From positions 102,851-166,850 of the forward strand of contig OY969775.1 in assembly GCA_963702975.1 (NCBI GenBank): a DNA stretch of 64,000 bases, written 5' to 3'. Origin of the DNA: an uncultured Solirubrobacteraceae bacterium (GTDB lineage Bacteria; Actinomycetota; Thermoleophilia; Solirubrobacterales; Solirubrobacteraceae). The notes under the pieces were generated by a model, which made no database searches, was not told where the DNA came from, and saw nothing but the letters and a program-made list of their open reading frames with translations. A program made the translations under genes and the position numbers. Positions 17,048 through 26,754 of the stretch are shown here, in pieces; positions within the stretch are counted from its first letter, which is position 1, and every line of letters begins with the position of its first letter.

Positions 17048-18202
17048 ATGAATGCGAGCGGCCCCGCTGACGGAGCGCCGGGCGCGTGCTCGAGCTGCGT
17101 GCGGCGCAGCTGGCTGCTGTCGGAGCTCAGCGGACCACTGGAGTACTGCGCGCGCGACCGCCGGCGCCTGATCGAGCTGCTCGCGCTCGCCGACACTGAG
17201 CTGTTGCAGGCGGTCGCGGGCAGGCGCCGCGCCGAGCTGGCCAGCGCGTACGAGCGCTTTCGCGCGGACGCACTCACGCGCGCTGAGGGCGTGGAGCGGA
17301 TCTGCCGCCACCGCCACGGCTACCCGCGGACGCTCGACGGCCCCGCGGCGCCGCACATGCTCGAGGTCGCCGGTGGCGGCGTTGACAGGCTCGTCGTGCT
17401 CGCGCGCGCGCCGGTGGTGGCGGTGCTCGGTAGCCGCACGCCGAGCGACTACGGGATCGCGATCGCGCGCAGCCTCGCGCGCGGGCTGGCCGCGAGCGGG
17501 GTGACGGTGGCGGCGAGCCTGACCGACGGGATCGCCGTCGCCGCGCACGCGGGCGCGCTCGACGCCGGCGCCGGCTCCATCGCGGTGATGGGCGGCGGGC
17601 TCGGCGTCGCCTGCCCCGCGCGCCGGCGCTCGCTGTACCAGCGCATCACGCGCCGCGGCTGCGCCGTCTCAGAGCTGCCGTCCGCGTGCGCGGGGCGGCG
17701 CTGGGGGCAGCTGGCGAGCGAGCGCATCCTCGTCGAACTGGCGCGCGTCGCCGTGGTGGTCGAGGCCGATGAGACGCAGGAGGACCTCGCCCCCGCACAG
17801 CTCGCGCGTGCGCTCGGGCGAACCGTCGCGGCGGTCCCCGGGCGTGTCAGCTCCCCGCGTTCGCGCGGCTCGCACGCGCTGCTGATGAGCGGCGCGAGCC
17901 TCGTGCGCGGACCCCACGACGTGCTCGAGCTGCTGTATGCGCCCGGCGGCGCACCCGCGCCCGGCGAGGGGCCCCGGGCGGGCGGCGACTCGCCACTGGC
18001 GCATCGTGACCCGCTGGGCGAGCTGGCGCCGCGCCTGCGAGCGACGCTCGAGCGCGTGGGCGACGGATGCGACACGCCCGAGAAGCTCACGCGCGCCGGC
18101 GCCGACGCCGGCGAGGTGCTGCTCGCGCTCAGCGAGCTGGAGCTGCTGGGGCTGCTCGTGCGTGGCGACGGCGGCCGCTACGTGCCGGCAGCCAGCTGCT
18201 AG
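17048..18202 (+). CDS. dprA: DNA-processing protein DprA
   Basis: VAVLGSR.PS.YG, V..SLTDGIAVAAHAGAL, VPGRVSSPRSRGSHALL, C-terminal winged helix; follows comM. Confidence 0.9.
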   Translation: MNASGPADGAPGACSSCVRRSWLLSELSGPLEYCARDRRRLIELLALADTELLQAVAGRRRAELASAYERFRADALTRAEGVERICRHRHGYPRTLDGPAAPHMLEVAGGGVDRLVVLARAPVVAVLGSRTPSDYGIAIARSLARGLAASGVTVAASLTDGIAVAAHAGALDAGAGSIAVMGGGLGVACPARRRSLYQRITRRGCAVSELPSACAGRRWGQLASERILVELARVAVVVEADETQEDLAPAQLARALGRTVAAVPGRVSSPRSRGSHALLMSGASLVRGPHDVLELLYAPGGAPAPGEGPRAGGDSPLAHRDPLGELAPRLRATLERVGDGCDTPEKLTRAGADAGEVLLALSELELLGLLVRGDGGRYVPAASC

Positions 18203-18333
18203 CCCAACTGCGCTGCGGTGCTTGGAACAGACGAACGTCAGTTGTCTATTGAATTCAAGTCGTTCTCAAGAGTACGACTGATTTCGTCGATTCCTTGGCG
18301 TGAGATGATGGATCAGCTCGCAGCCTGGGAGGG

Positions 18334-20307
18334 ATGATGTCCGGACCGGCAAAACGGGGGGAGCCGGCGGCAGGCATGCCCGATCGCGAGGTGTGCCGCC
18401 TCGGCGCCGAGCTGGGCGCGCGCGTCGAGCAGGTGCTGCTCCGCACCGCCGCGAGCGGCGAGCAGGCCGCCAGTGGGTCGGCCGCCCGTACATCGTCCGC
18501 CACGCTTGACCCGGCGGTGCTCGACGGCCTTGAACGCATCGCCAGCAGCTCGACGGCAGCGGTGGCGCGGTGGATAGCGGGCGGCGACGAGCAATACGAG
18601 CGCGAGGCCGGGCGCAATGTGTGGCGGGCGTACGGCCAGCTGGCGGCACAGAGCGCCACACCGTTGCACGAGGTGACCAGGCACTGCCTGCGCTGGCGCG
18701 ACGCCGTCATCGACGTGCTGAATGAGAGCGCGCGCGAGCTCGAGATCTCAACGGCCGCCCTCGCGCAGGCGCTGTCGATGGCGCAGCACACGTTCGACGC
18801 GACGCTGGTGCGCGCGTGCGAGGCCTACGACCAGGAGCGTGCGCGCGTCGCCGCCGAGCTCACCCGCCGCGAGGAGGAGCTCGCGTTCATGGCCACGCAC
18901 GACCAGCTGACGGGGCTGCCAAACCGCACGCTGATCCTCGACCGCGGCGAGCAGATGCTCGGCCGCGCACGCCGGCTGCACACGCCGATCGCCGCGCTGG
19001 TGATCGACCTGGACAACTTCACCGGCATCAACGACTCGCTCGGCCACGCCGTCGGCGACGAGCTGCTGCGCGCGATCGCCGCGCGACTCGACGCCGCCGT
19101 GCGCGACATCGACGCGCTCGGGCGCATCGGCGGCGACCTGTTCGTGGTGCTCGCCGAAGACGCCGGCGGGGTCGCCGACGCGGAGCTGATCGCCGAGCGG
19201 CTGCGCGACACGCTGAAGGCGCCGTTCGTGCTCCGCGAGCGCGAGCACAGCGAGCTGACGGTCACCGCCAGCATCGGCGTCGCCACCGGCGAGCGCGCGA
19301 CGGTGGACGAGCTCCTGCGCGACGCCGACATCGCCATGCACCGCGCGAAGTGGGACGGCGGCAACCGCCAGGTGGTGTTCGAGTCGGGCATGCAGGACGT
19401 GGTGCAGACACGCATGGAGCTCGACATGGCCCTGCGCGGCGCGCTCGAGCACGACGAGTTCTTCCTGCTCTACCAGCCCACGCTCGACCTGCACACGCTC
19501 GCGCCCACCGGCGTCGAGGCCCTGATCCGCTGGCACAGCCGCACGCGCGGCGTCGTGCAGCCCAACGACTTCATCCCGCTGCTCGAGGAGACGGGGCTGA
19601 TCGTGGACGTCGGCAGGTGGGTGCTCGAGCAGGCCTGCCGCCAGGGCGCGCGCTGGCGGGCGGACGGGCACGCGGTCGGCGTCGCCGTCAACGTCTCCGC
19701 GCGCCAGCTCGAGACCGACCAGTTCGTCGGCGTCGTGCGCGAGGCGATCGCGCGCAGCGGCCTGTGCGCGCAGGCGCTGACGCTCGAGATCACAGAGACC
19801 GCGCTGATGCGCAACCCCGAGCAGACCGCGCGACGGCTGCACGCGATCAAGGAGCTCGGCGTACGCGTAGCGATCGACGACTTCGGCACCGGCTACTCGT
19901 CGTTTGCGCACCTCAAACAGTTCCCCGTCGACGCGCTCAAGATCGACCGCTCGTTCACCTCGCAGCTCAGCGAGAACCCCGAAAGCGAGACGCTGCTGCG
20001 CACGCTCGTCAAGCTCGGCAAGGCGCTGTCGATCGAGACCATCGCCGAGGGCATCGAGCTGCGCCGGCAGCTGTCGCTGCTCCAGGACGAGCGCTGCGAC
20101 AGCGGCCAGGGCTACCTGTTCGCGCGTCCGCTCACCGTGCAGGACACCGAGGCGTTCCTGCGCGACTGGAAGTCGAGCGGGCTCGCGCGCGGCGCTTCCA
20201 GCCCCGCCGGCGAACCGGCACCGCGCCTGGTGCCGCGGGTGCGCGGGGAGCTCTCCGGCGCCGGCGCGGGATCGCGGCGGCTGCTCGCGGCCGGGGAGAG
20301 CAGCTGA
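18334..20307 (+). CDS. GGDEF-EAL protein with N-terminal helical domain; GGDEF motif reads GGDLF
   Basis: HDQLTGLPNR, DLDNF..INDSLGH..GD.LL, RIGGDLF; GVEALIRW, LEITE, DDFGTGYSS, KIDRSF, GQGYLFARP. Confidence 0.93.
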   Translation: MMSGPAKRGEPAAGMPDREVCRLGAELGARVEQVLLRTAASGEQAASGSAARTSSATLDPAVLDGLERIASSSTAAVARWIAGGDEQYEREAGRNVWRAYGQLAAQSATPLHEVTRHCLRWRDAVIDVLNESARELEISTAALAQALSMAQHTFDATLVRACEAYDQERARVAAELTRREEELAFMATHDQLTGLPNRTLILDRGEQMLGRARRLHTPIAALVIDLDNFTGINDSLGHAVGDELLRAIAARLDAAVRDIDALGRIGGDLFVVLAEDAGGVADAELIAERLRDTLKAPFVLREREHSELTVTASIGVATGERATVDELLRDADIAMHRAKWDGGNRQVVFESGMQDVVQTRMELDMALRGALEHDEFFLLYQPTLDLHTLAPTGVEALIRWHSRTRGVVQPNDFIPLLEETGLIVDVGRWVLEQACRQGARWRADGHAVGVAVNVSARQLETDQFVGVVREAIARSGLCAQALTLEITETALMRNPEQTARRLHAIKELGVRVAIDDFGTGYSSFAHLKQFPVDALKIDRSFTSQLSENPESETLLRTLVKLGKALSIETIAEGIELRRQLSLLQDERCDSGQGYLFARPLTVQDTEAFLRDWKSSGLARGASSPAGEPAPRLVPRVRGELSGAGAGSRRLLAAGESS

Positions 20308-20446
20308 CCACCACAGGATCGCTTTGATCTCGATGGCATCTGACCGGCGTTCGTGGCCGTCGTCGTCAGCCCAGCCGCTTCCTTGCCTGCGCTCGATCAT
20401 CCCACTCACCACCGACAACCTGTCGCGTGCAACCGACGCCAGTGGA

Positions 20447-21553
20447 CTAAGCGACTGCACACAACGGAGCGGCGTTATGAACGAGTTCCACCCGCCAACT
20501 CGCATCGTCGCTGGATGCACATCGTGCACGAATATGACCGACACAATCGCCAACCGCAACCCGTGATTTGGCCACACCCTTGAGTGTGCGCTCAACGGCC
20601 GACTCAAGACGATCGGGGCTTGAAACAGCACGACCCGCGATCGCTGCCTCTGGTGCCAGGCTGCAAATGCGGCGGACGTCCGCCTCCGCCGGTAGACGCT
20701 TGCCCGCGATCTGCCAAGGCGTCAATACCGCCTGAGGAAGGGCCGTGACCAGGCGGTCCCACATCCGCTGATCATGACCACTTTCGCCACCGTGATGCGG
20801 CACCTTGACAAGGCCGGCGGGAGTCCGTTCATCCAATGCAAGCACGGCTCCCCAGCCCTGATCATCGCTGGCGGCGGCCTCTAGGTCGGCACCCAGGAGG
20901 GCGACTCCCGACGCACCCTCGACCCAGAGCACCACAGATGCATGATTGGGCGAAGGAGCCGCGATTCTTGTTTGTGGTCGCGTCGGCTCCGGCAACTGGG
21001 ACGCAAAGGCCCTCATCGCCTTGGTGACGGCCTCTGATGACGGCGACAGAGCCACGACCTCAACTGTGTTTGACCTGTAGACGAGCGTGTTCTCGCTGAG
21101 CACTCGCTTGAGCCGCCCGAGGTGTACCCCGGACGCTTTTCGCTCAGCGAGTAGGTCGAGCACCCGACCAAATTCGCGCACGCCCGGAGTCATGCGGAAG
21201 GTCCCAGTCTGGGCGCCTACGAGCGTCAGAAACTCGCGAGCTTGAAGTGCTGTCCCATAGGCGAACATGGCGTTCTCGCACCGGGCGACCACGTCAGCTA
21301 GCCCTCGAGCATGGTCATCGTGCCAGTGCGTGGCTACCACGACCGCCACATCGTGACCGCAGTCGACGCCTATCGACTCTAGATACTGAGTAGGGGCCGG
21401 CTTACCAGTTGCCGGGTCGATACACGAGTCGACGATCATCCACTGCCCCTCGCCGAGGTGAACTACGAGACTCTCGCCGAAGCCAGGGCCGAACAGCGAG
21501 ACCTCAAGCTCGTCTGCATCCGGTGACGAGACGTTGCTACCAGTCGAGCTCAT
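20447..21553 (-). CDS. ComEC/Rec2-like metallo-beta-lactamase-fold hydrolase
   Basis: GPGFGES, VDSC, THWHDDH (HxHxDH), GADLE, KVPHHG; start overlaps the upstream stop by 17 nt. Confidence 0.85.
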   Translation of the reverse strand: MSSTGSNVSSPDADELEVSLFGPGFGESLVVHLGEGQWMIVDSCIDPATGKPAPTQYLESIGVDCGHDVAVVVATHWHDDHARGLADVVARCENAMFAYGTALQAREFLTLVGAQTGTFRMTPGVREFGRVLDLLAERKASGVHLGRLKRVLSENTLVYRSNTVEVVALSPSSEAVTKAMRAFASQLPEPTRPQTRIAAPSPNHASVVLWVEGASGVALLGADLEAAASDDQGWGAVLALDERTPAGLVKVPHHGGESGHDQRMWDRLVTALPQAVLTPWQIAGKRLPAEADVRRICSLAPEAAIAGRAVSSPDRLESAVERTLKGVAKSRVAVGDCVGHIRARCASSDDASWRVELVHNAAPLCAVA

Positions 21554-22076
21554 GAGCGAGACGCTCTGCGCGCGCTTCGGCAGCCGAAATCTCCGATCTG
21601 CTCCACGCAGGTAGGCGACGAAATCGAATCTGCGATACACGCTCACGGGCACCGCGCGGCAACCTCAGCCTATAGCCAATGGTCCAGTAGAAGATCGCCC
21701 CCGTCTCCAGGAGCTCGAGATCGAAATCTGAGAGCTCCCGCTTCTCGAGTTCCATCTCTTCCTCAGGCCGGTCCCCAGTTAGATCGACCAAGCGCACACT
21801 AAAGGTGTCGTCCGCCACCGCAAGCACCACCCCCTCCCAAGACTGAATTGGCTGAAGAATCGCAGTGGGCTCGTTCGCCCACTCAGGCTTGGTAGGCAGC
21901 AGCCTCGGCGCTGAGACAGCAACTGGCGCAGTCCCGTCGGGTTGGTCTTCGATGGGGCTGCTGATAGCAGCGTTACGCACTGACCGCCAGCCGCCGATCC
22001 TGGGGTTCACGAGCTCAAGCTCGCCCTGCGGAAAGCGGGCGTCGTCCGTCTCGTGATCTGGGGCTGCGAGCGCCAT
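21537..22076 (-). CDS. Hypothetical protein (middle gene of the tRNA-Gly-adjacent operon)
   Basis: QPIQSWEGVV...TFSVRLVDL...GAIFYWTIGY...SQIRFRRLPAW; ATG 1 nt after the upstream stop. Confidence 0.75.
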   Translation of the reverse strand: MALAAPDHETDDARFPQGELELVNPRIGGWRSVRNAAISSPIEDQPDGTAPVAVSAPRLLPTKPEWANEPTAILQPIQSWEGVVLAVADDTFSVRLVDLTGDRPEEEMELEKRELSDFDLELLETGAIFYWTIGYRLRLPRGARERVSQIRFRRLPAWSRSEISAAEARAERLAHELDW

Positions 22077-22077
22077 G

Positions 22078-22752
22078 TCAGTCGAAGAGGCGCCCGTACA
22101 GCGCGTTCCGGATCTGAAGGGTACGCTGCTCCGCTGCAGGCCACATCTCTTGGATCAAGTCGGCAGCCCGACTGCCAGGCTCTGGCTCGTCGGGATCAGG
22201 AAGCAACACTTCGTCGTTGACATTGATCCATATGCCCAGCTTCGGATCCACGACTGGCTGAACACGTACCTTCCAAGCACCCTCGAGATCGTCCGATCTG
22301 GCTCCCTGCATCGCAAAGTCGAACATGCCTGGCGACTCCAAAATGCCATCCCAGAGTTTCTTCGGGGCGAGCCTGTGCCCAACCTCGTGCCATTCTTCTT
22401 CACTCTTGGCGACGACTACAACCCGGTGCTGGATCGACACCGCTTTGACGGGTGTATGCGGTAGGAGACGAAGTAGCCCGACCGAAAGATCGCGCAACTG
22501 AGCCTCGTTGACCATCTCCTCGCCGGATTCAACCTGGAGCCGGTCCTGAAGGACAATCAGGTCGGCCCAGGGGAACGTGATGTGGCTGAGGTCACCATCG
22601 AGTAGTTGGCGCTCGGCGGCCTCTGCCTCCTCTTCTGGCACGAGCCTGTATTTCGCCAGCCACAGGGGCTCGACGATCTTGGGATTGAAGTTCCCGGTCG
22701 CGATCATAAAGACGCTCTCTCGGTGCACCGTCGGCTTCGCCACAGCATGCAT
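22078..22752 (-). CDS. Hypothetical protein (first gene of the tRNA-Gly-adjacent operon)
   Basis: GNFNPKIVEPLWL, LPHTPVKAV, GHRLAPKKLW, INVND; start uncertain (22752, 22743 or 22707). Confidence 0.75.
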   Translation of the reverse strand: MHAVAKPTVHRESVFMIATGNFNPKIVEPLWLAKYRLVPEEEAEAAERQLLDGDLSHITFPWADLIVLQDRLQVESGEEMVNEAQLRDLSVGLLRLLPHTPVKAVSIQHRVVVVAKSEEEWHEVGHRLAPKKLWDGILESPGMFDFAMQGARSDDLEGAWKVRVQPVVDPKLGIWINVNDEVLLPDPDEPEPGSRAADLIQEMWPAAEQRTLQIRNALYGRLFD

Positions 22753-22953
22753 GAGCCTACACGCAGGCGGCGGAGACCCCCAAATCATGGGCGTTCGGGA
22801 CCGCGTTGCCACCAACCCGTCATCCGCCTGATCCGGGCGGCCTGGCCGCAAGATGCGAGCTTCGACAGAGAGAGGCACGACAGAAACACACGCAATCGGA
22901 ATCGGGCTGGGCTCGAGCCAGCGACACCCCCCGACAATCGCGGTCTTGAATGA

Positions 22954-23027
22954 AGCGGATGAAGGGATTCGAACCCTCGACCTTCGCCATGGCAAGGCGA
23001 CGCTCTAGCCAGCTGAGCTACATCCGC
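22954..23027 (-). tRNA. tRNA-Gly(GCC)
   Basis: GCGGATGTAGCTCAGCTGGCTAGAGCGTCGCCTTGCCATGGCGAAGGTCGAGGGTTCGAATCCCTTCATCCGCT. Confidence 0.95.
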
Positions 23028-23108
23028 AAGAACGGTCATTCTAGCCCGCCAGGGCCTGCACCGTCCAGCTGCCCGGCCCCGCCGTGCCCTGGCGCGAGCG
23101 CGCCCGCG

Positions 23109-24323
23109 CTACGCCGGCCGGCGCGTGCGGATCTGATACACGCCCAGGTCGCCCGCTTCGAAGCCCCGCCCCGCCGAGCGCAGGTACAGGCGCCACACGC
23201 GCGTGCGCTCGACGCCCGCCAGCGCCTCGGCCTCCTCGAGGCGCTCGTCCAGGCGCCGCGCCCAGTGGCGCAGGGTCACCGCGTAGTCCTCGCGGAAGCC
23301 CTCGACGTGCCCCGTCCAGAAGCCCGCGCGTTCGAGCGCCAGCTGCACGCGCGAGAGCGGCAGCGGCTCGCCGTCGGGGAACACGTAGCGCGTAGAGAAC
23401 ACATCCTCGAGCGGATTGGCGGTCGGGTCCAGCTGGGCGATCGCGTGGTTGAGCAGTTTGCCGTTCGGGCGCAGCAGCGAGAACAGCGTGCGCGCGTAGG
23501 AGTCGATCTGGTTCTCGCCCACGTGCTCGGACATGCCGATGCTCGCGATCGCATCGAACGACGCCGCCGGCAGCTGGCGGTAGTCCTGCACGCGGATCTC
23601 CACCTGCTCGCTCAGGCCCGCCTCTGCCACGCGCTCGCGCGCGCGATGCGCCTGCGGCTCTGACAGCGTGATGCCCGTCACCTGCACGCCGTGCTCGCGC
23701 GCCACGTGCATCGCGAAGCTGCCCCAGCCGCAGCCGACGTCCAGCACGCGCATGCCCGGCTGCAGGTCCAGCTTGCCAGCCACCAGCTCCAGTTTCGTGC
23801 GCTGCGCCTCCTCCAGCGTCTGCGCTCCGCGCGAGAAGATCGCGCAGCTGTAGGTCATCGACTCATCCAGGAACAGCGCGAAGAAGTCGTTGCCGACGTT
23901 GTAGTGGTAGCGCACCGCCTCCGCGTCGCGCTCGGCGCTGTGCAGGCGCCCGCGCAGCAGCAGCTCGAGCCCCGGGCGGCGCGGCAGCCCGCCCGGCAGC
24001 GCCGCCGCGGCCGCCGCCGCGGCCAGGCGCACGCGATCGGCGCGACTCAGCGGCGGCGGCTCGAACTCGTCGACGACCCGCAGCGCGCCGTCGAGGTCGT
24101 CCACCGCCAGCGAGCCGTCCACGTAGGCGCGGCCGAGGCCCAGCGTGCCCGGCGCCGACAGCACGTGCGCCAGCGCCACCGGGCGCCTCACGAAGAACGT
24201 CGGCGCCGGCTCCACCGTCGCCGCCACCGTGCAGCCGTCCCAGAAGCGCACGTTGAACGGCCGCGATGGAAACACGCGCTGCAGCTCACGGCCAAGTGGC
24301 CTGCTCACCTGGATGATCGCCAC
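23109..24323 (-). CDS. cfa: Cyclopropane-fatty-acyl-phospholipid synthase family methyltransferase
   Basis: RYHYNVGNDFF..LD.SMTYSCA, LDVGCGWG, GITLS..Q, YVFPDGE, RVWRLYL. Confidence 0.9.
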   Translation of the reverse strand: MAIIQVSRPLGRELQRVFPSRPFNVRFWDGCTVAATVEPAPTFFVRRPVALAHVLSAPGTLGLGRAYVDGSLAVDDLDGALRVVDEFEPPPLSRADRVRLAAAAAAAALPGGLPRRPGLELLLRGRLHSAERDAEAVRYHYNVGNDFFALFLDESMTYSCAIFSRGAQTLEEAQRTKLELVAGKLDLQPGMRVLDVGCGWGSFAMHVAREHGVQVTGITLSEPQAHRARERVAEAGLSEQVEIRVQDYRQLPAASFDAIASIGMSEHVGENQIDSYARTLFSLLRPNGKLLNHAIAQLDPTANPLEDVFSTRYVFPDGEPLPLSRVQLALERAGFWTGHVEGFREDYAVTLRHWARRLDERLEEAEALAGVERTRVWRLYLRSAGRGFEAGDLGVYQIRTRRPA

Positions 24324-24371
24324 GTGCGTACGATCGCATATGCGCGCCGCTGCCGACTGCCGGGAGGCGCG

Positions 24372-25355
24372 TCAACCCTTGAACGTCGAGCGCCCCAGAT
24401 CGCCGAACGGCTCGTCGCGCTCGCGCACCGCCTCGCGGAAGCCCGCCTGCGCCGCGCGCGCCTGGAAGGCGTAGCCCTCCTCGGTGTGGCGCGCGATCCC
24501 GTCGAACACCGTGCCCAGCATCTGCGCGCCCTGCAGCCCCTGCGCATACAGCGTCTGGTTGACCAGCAGCTTCATCATCATCAGCTGGTTCACGGGCACG
24601 CGCGCGATGCGCTCGAGCAGGATCTCCGTGCGCTCCACCAGGCTCTCAGCCGCCGGCGCCTCGATCGCAAGGCCCCACTCCAGCGCCTCCGCACCCGACA
24701 GCGTGTCGCCCGTGAACAGCAGGCGCTTGGCGCGCTGCGCGCCCACGCGCTGCGCCCACAGCGCCGTCGTCGGCGAGCCCCACACGCGCGCCGGCGGGTA
24801 GCCGATCTTCGCGTCCTGCGCGATCACCAGCAGGTCCGAGCACAGCGCCATGTCCGTGCCGCCCGCCACGCAGAAGCCGTGCACCATGCACACCACCGGC
24901 TTGCCGCAGTGCAGCAGGCTCATGAAGCCGCGGACGTTGCGGCTCATCATCGCGTAGTCCACCATCGGGTCCCACGTCGCGCGCGGATCGTGGTTGGCCG
25001 CGATCACCGCCGGATCCAGCGGCGAGCCGGCCGGCGGCGCGCTCGCCGTCGCCGCCTTTGCGCCAGCCGGGGTCTCCCCCGCGCCCGCCGCCGCACCGAG
25101 CGTCGCAGCGCCGCTCACGGACCCGTCCGCGCCCGCGCCCTCCGCGCTCTCCACCAGGTCGTAGCCGCCGCAGAAGCCGGTCCCGTTGCCCGACAGCGCC
25201 ATCACGTGCACCGCGGGGTCCAGGTCGGCGCGCTCGACGCACGCCGCGAGCTCCGCGATCAGCCGCGGCGTGATCCCGTTGCCGCGCTCGGGGCGATCGA
25301 GCGTGATCCGCGCGATCCGCCCGGTTACTTCGTAGCGGACGACCGGCGCGCTCAT
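24372..25355 (-). CDS. Crotonase/enoyl-CoA hydratase family protein
   Basis: ARITLDRPERGN, FCGGYDL, VHGFCVAGGTD, IGYPP, LLFTGD..SG.EA; contains an Ala/Gly-rich insert. Confidence 0.9.
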   Translation of the reverse strand: MSAPVVRYEVTGRIARITLDRPERGNGITPRLIAELAACVERADLDPAVHVMALSGNGTGFCGGYDLVESAEGAGADGSVSGAATLGAAAGAGETPAGAKAATASAPPAGSPLDPAVIAANHDPRATWDPMVDYAMMSRNVRGFMSLLHCGKPVVCMVHGFCVAGGTDMALCSDLLVIAQDAKIGYPPARVWGSPTTALWAQRVGAQRAKRLLFTGDTLSGAEALEWGLAIEAPAAESLVERTEILLERIARVPVNQLMMMKLLVNQTLYAQGLQGAQMLGTVFDGIARHTEEGYAFQARAAQAGFREAVRERDEPFGDLGRSTFKG

Positions 25356-25458
25356 GCTCGCGCACTCTAAACGCATCGGAGACCCATGCGGCGCGACCGG
25401 CTGTGCTGGGCGCCGGTGCGATACTGCGCCCGTGCCCAGCGATCGCGCATACGCGCGT

Positions 25459-25890
25459 ATGTCGATGTTCATGCCCGCCGGCGCGCTGCGCGCGGTCGGC
25501 AAGCTCAACGTGCCGATCTACCGCCTCACGCGAGGGCGCATGATGAACAAGGTCGGGCGCGCTCCCGTGCTGCTGCTCACCTCGACCGGCAGGCGCTCCG
25601 GGCAGCCGCGCACTGCGCCCGTGCTGTACCTCGCCGACGGCGAGCGGCTGATCGTGATCGGCTCGAACGCCGGCAACGACCGCGCGCCCGCTTGGTCGTA
25701 CAACCTCAGGGCGAACCCCGACGCCGAGGTGCAGATCCGCGGCGGGCACCGGCGGGTGCGCGCGCGGGTCGCCGAGGGCGAGGAGCGCGCGGAGCTGTGG
25801 CGCAGGATGAACGAGCAGTACGCGGGCTTCGCGCGCTACGACGAGAACACCTCGCGCGAGATCGCCGTGTTCGTGCTCGACCCGCGCTAG
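25459..25890 (+). CDS. Deazaflavin (F420)-dependent oxidoreductase, nitroreductase/Ddn family
   Basis: LLLTSTGRRSGQPRTAP, GSNAG...PAWSYNLRANP, Y..Y...TSREI. Confidence 0.88.
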   Translation: MSMFMPAGALRAVGKLNVPIYRLTRGRMMNKVGRAPVLLLTSTGRRSGQPRTAPVLYLADGERLIVIGSNAGNDRAPAWSYNLRANPDAEVQIRGGHRRVRARVAEGEERAELWRRMNEQYAGFARYDENTSREIAVFVLDPR

Positions 25891-25901
25891 CCTGACTGTC
25901 A

Positions 25902-26564
25902 GTGCGACTGTTCGGACGCGACAGAACCGCCATGGTCGAGCCCGCCGCCGCCCTGCCCGGGCGCGAGCAGGCGATGCCCGTGCCCGAGCGCCACGAGGTG
26001 CTCGGCACGCCGCTGCAGGGGCCGTTCCCCGACGGCGTGCACACCGCGATCTTCGGCATGGGCTGCTTCTGGGGCGCCGAGCGGATCTTCTGGGAAGCCG
26101 ACGGCGTGTACACCACCGCGGTCGGCTACGCCGGCGGGATCACGCCGAACCCCACCTACGAGGAGGTCTGCAGCGGGCGCACCGGCCACGCGGAGGTCGT
26201 GCTCGTCGCCTTCGACGCCGCCCAGACCAGCTACCAGGAGATGCTCAAGCTCTTTTGGGAGGGGCACGACCCCACCCAGGGCATGCGCCAGGGCCACGAC
26301 GTCGGCAGCCAGTACCGCTCGCTGATCATGTGGGACGGCGACGCCCAGCGCGCCGCCGCCGAGGCGTCGCTCGCCGCCTACCAGCAGATGCTCTCCGCCG
26401 CCGGCCACGGCACGATCACCACCGAGCTCGCCGAGTACGACGCACAGGCGCATCCGTTCTACTACGCCGAGGCATACCACCAGCAGTACCTCGCCAAGAA
26501 CCCCGGCGGCTACTGTGGGCTCGGCGGCACCGGCGTCTCCTGCCCGGTCGGCATCGCCAGCTGA
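25902..26564 (+). CDS. msrA: Peptide-methionine (S)-S-oxide reductase
   Basis: GCFWG, GYAGG..PNPTY.EVCSG.TGHAEVV, HDPTQG.RQG.D.G.QYRS, AE.YHQQY. Confidence 0.96.
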   Translation: MRLFGRDRTAMVEPAAALPGREQAMPVPERHEVLGTPLQGPFPDGVHTAIFGMGCFWGAERIFWEADGVYTTAVGYAGGITPNPTYEEVCSGRTGHAEVVLVAFDAAQTSYQEMLKLFWEGHDPTQGMRQGHDVGSQYRSLIMWDGDAQRAAAEASLAAYQQMLSAAGHGTITTELAEYDAQAHPFYYAEAYHQQYLAKNPGGYCGLGGTGVSCPVGIAS

Positions 26565-26651
26565 CCCGCGTCACCGCGGCCCGCTGATCGGCTCCGCCGT
26601 CGCCTGCTGACCCGCTCCGCCGTGGCCGGCTGTCCCGCCCCGCCAAAACAA

Positions 26652-26683
26652 AACAGCGGCCCCGCCGAAGCGGAGCCGCTGTT
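26652..26683 (-). terminator. Intrinsic terminator between convergent msrA and amt
   Basis: AACAGCGGC-c-CCGC cgaa GCGG-a-GCCGCTGTT; followed by TTTTGTTTT on the minus strand. Confidence 0.7.
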
Positions 26684-26754
26684 CGTTCTGCACCCCGAGG
26701 CGGGCGCGCCCGTGGGGAGGACGCGCCCGCGCGATGTGGGACAGAGCCTGCCGC

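Noticed and set aside
20310-22953. attL/attR duplication of the tRNA-Gly 3' end (also sought for Val and Gln)
   Set aside because: No matching repeat found by eye at the far side of any cargo block.
24321-24344. Run of 6-10-bp palindromes (CACGTG, CGTACG, CGATCG, CGCATATGCG) at the cfa start
   Set aside because: Too short and irregular, not RCATGY-centred and not 24-bp periodic.
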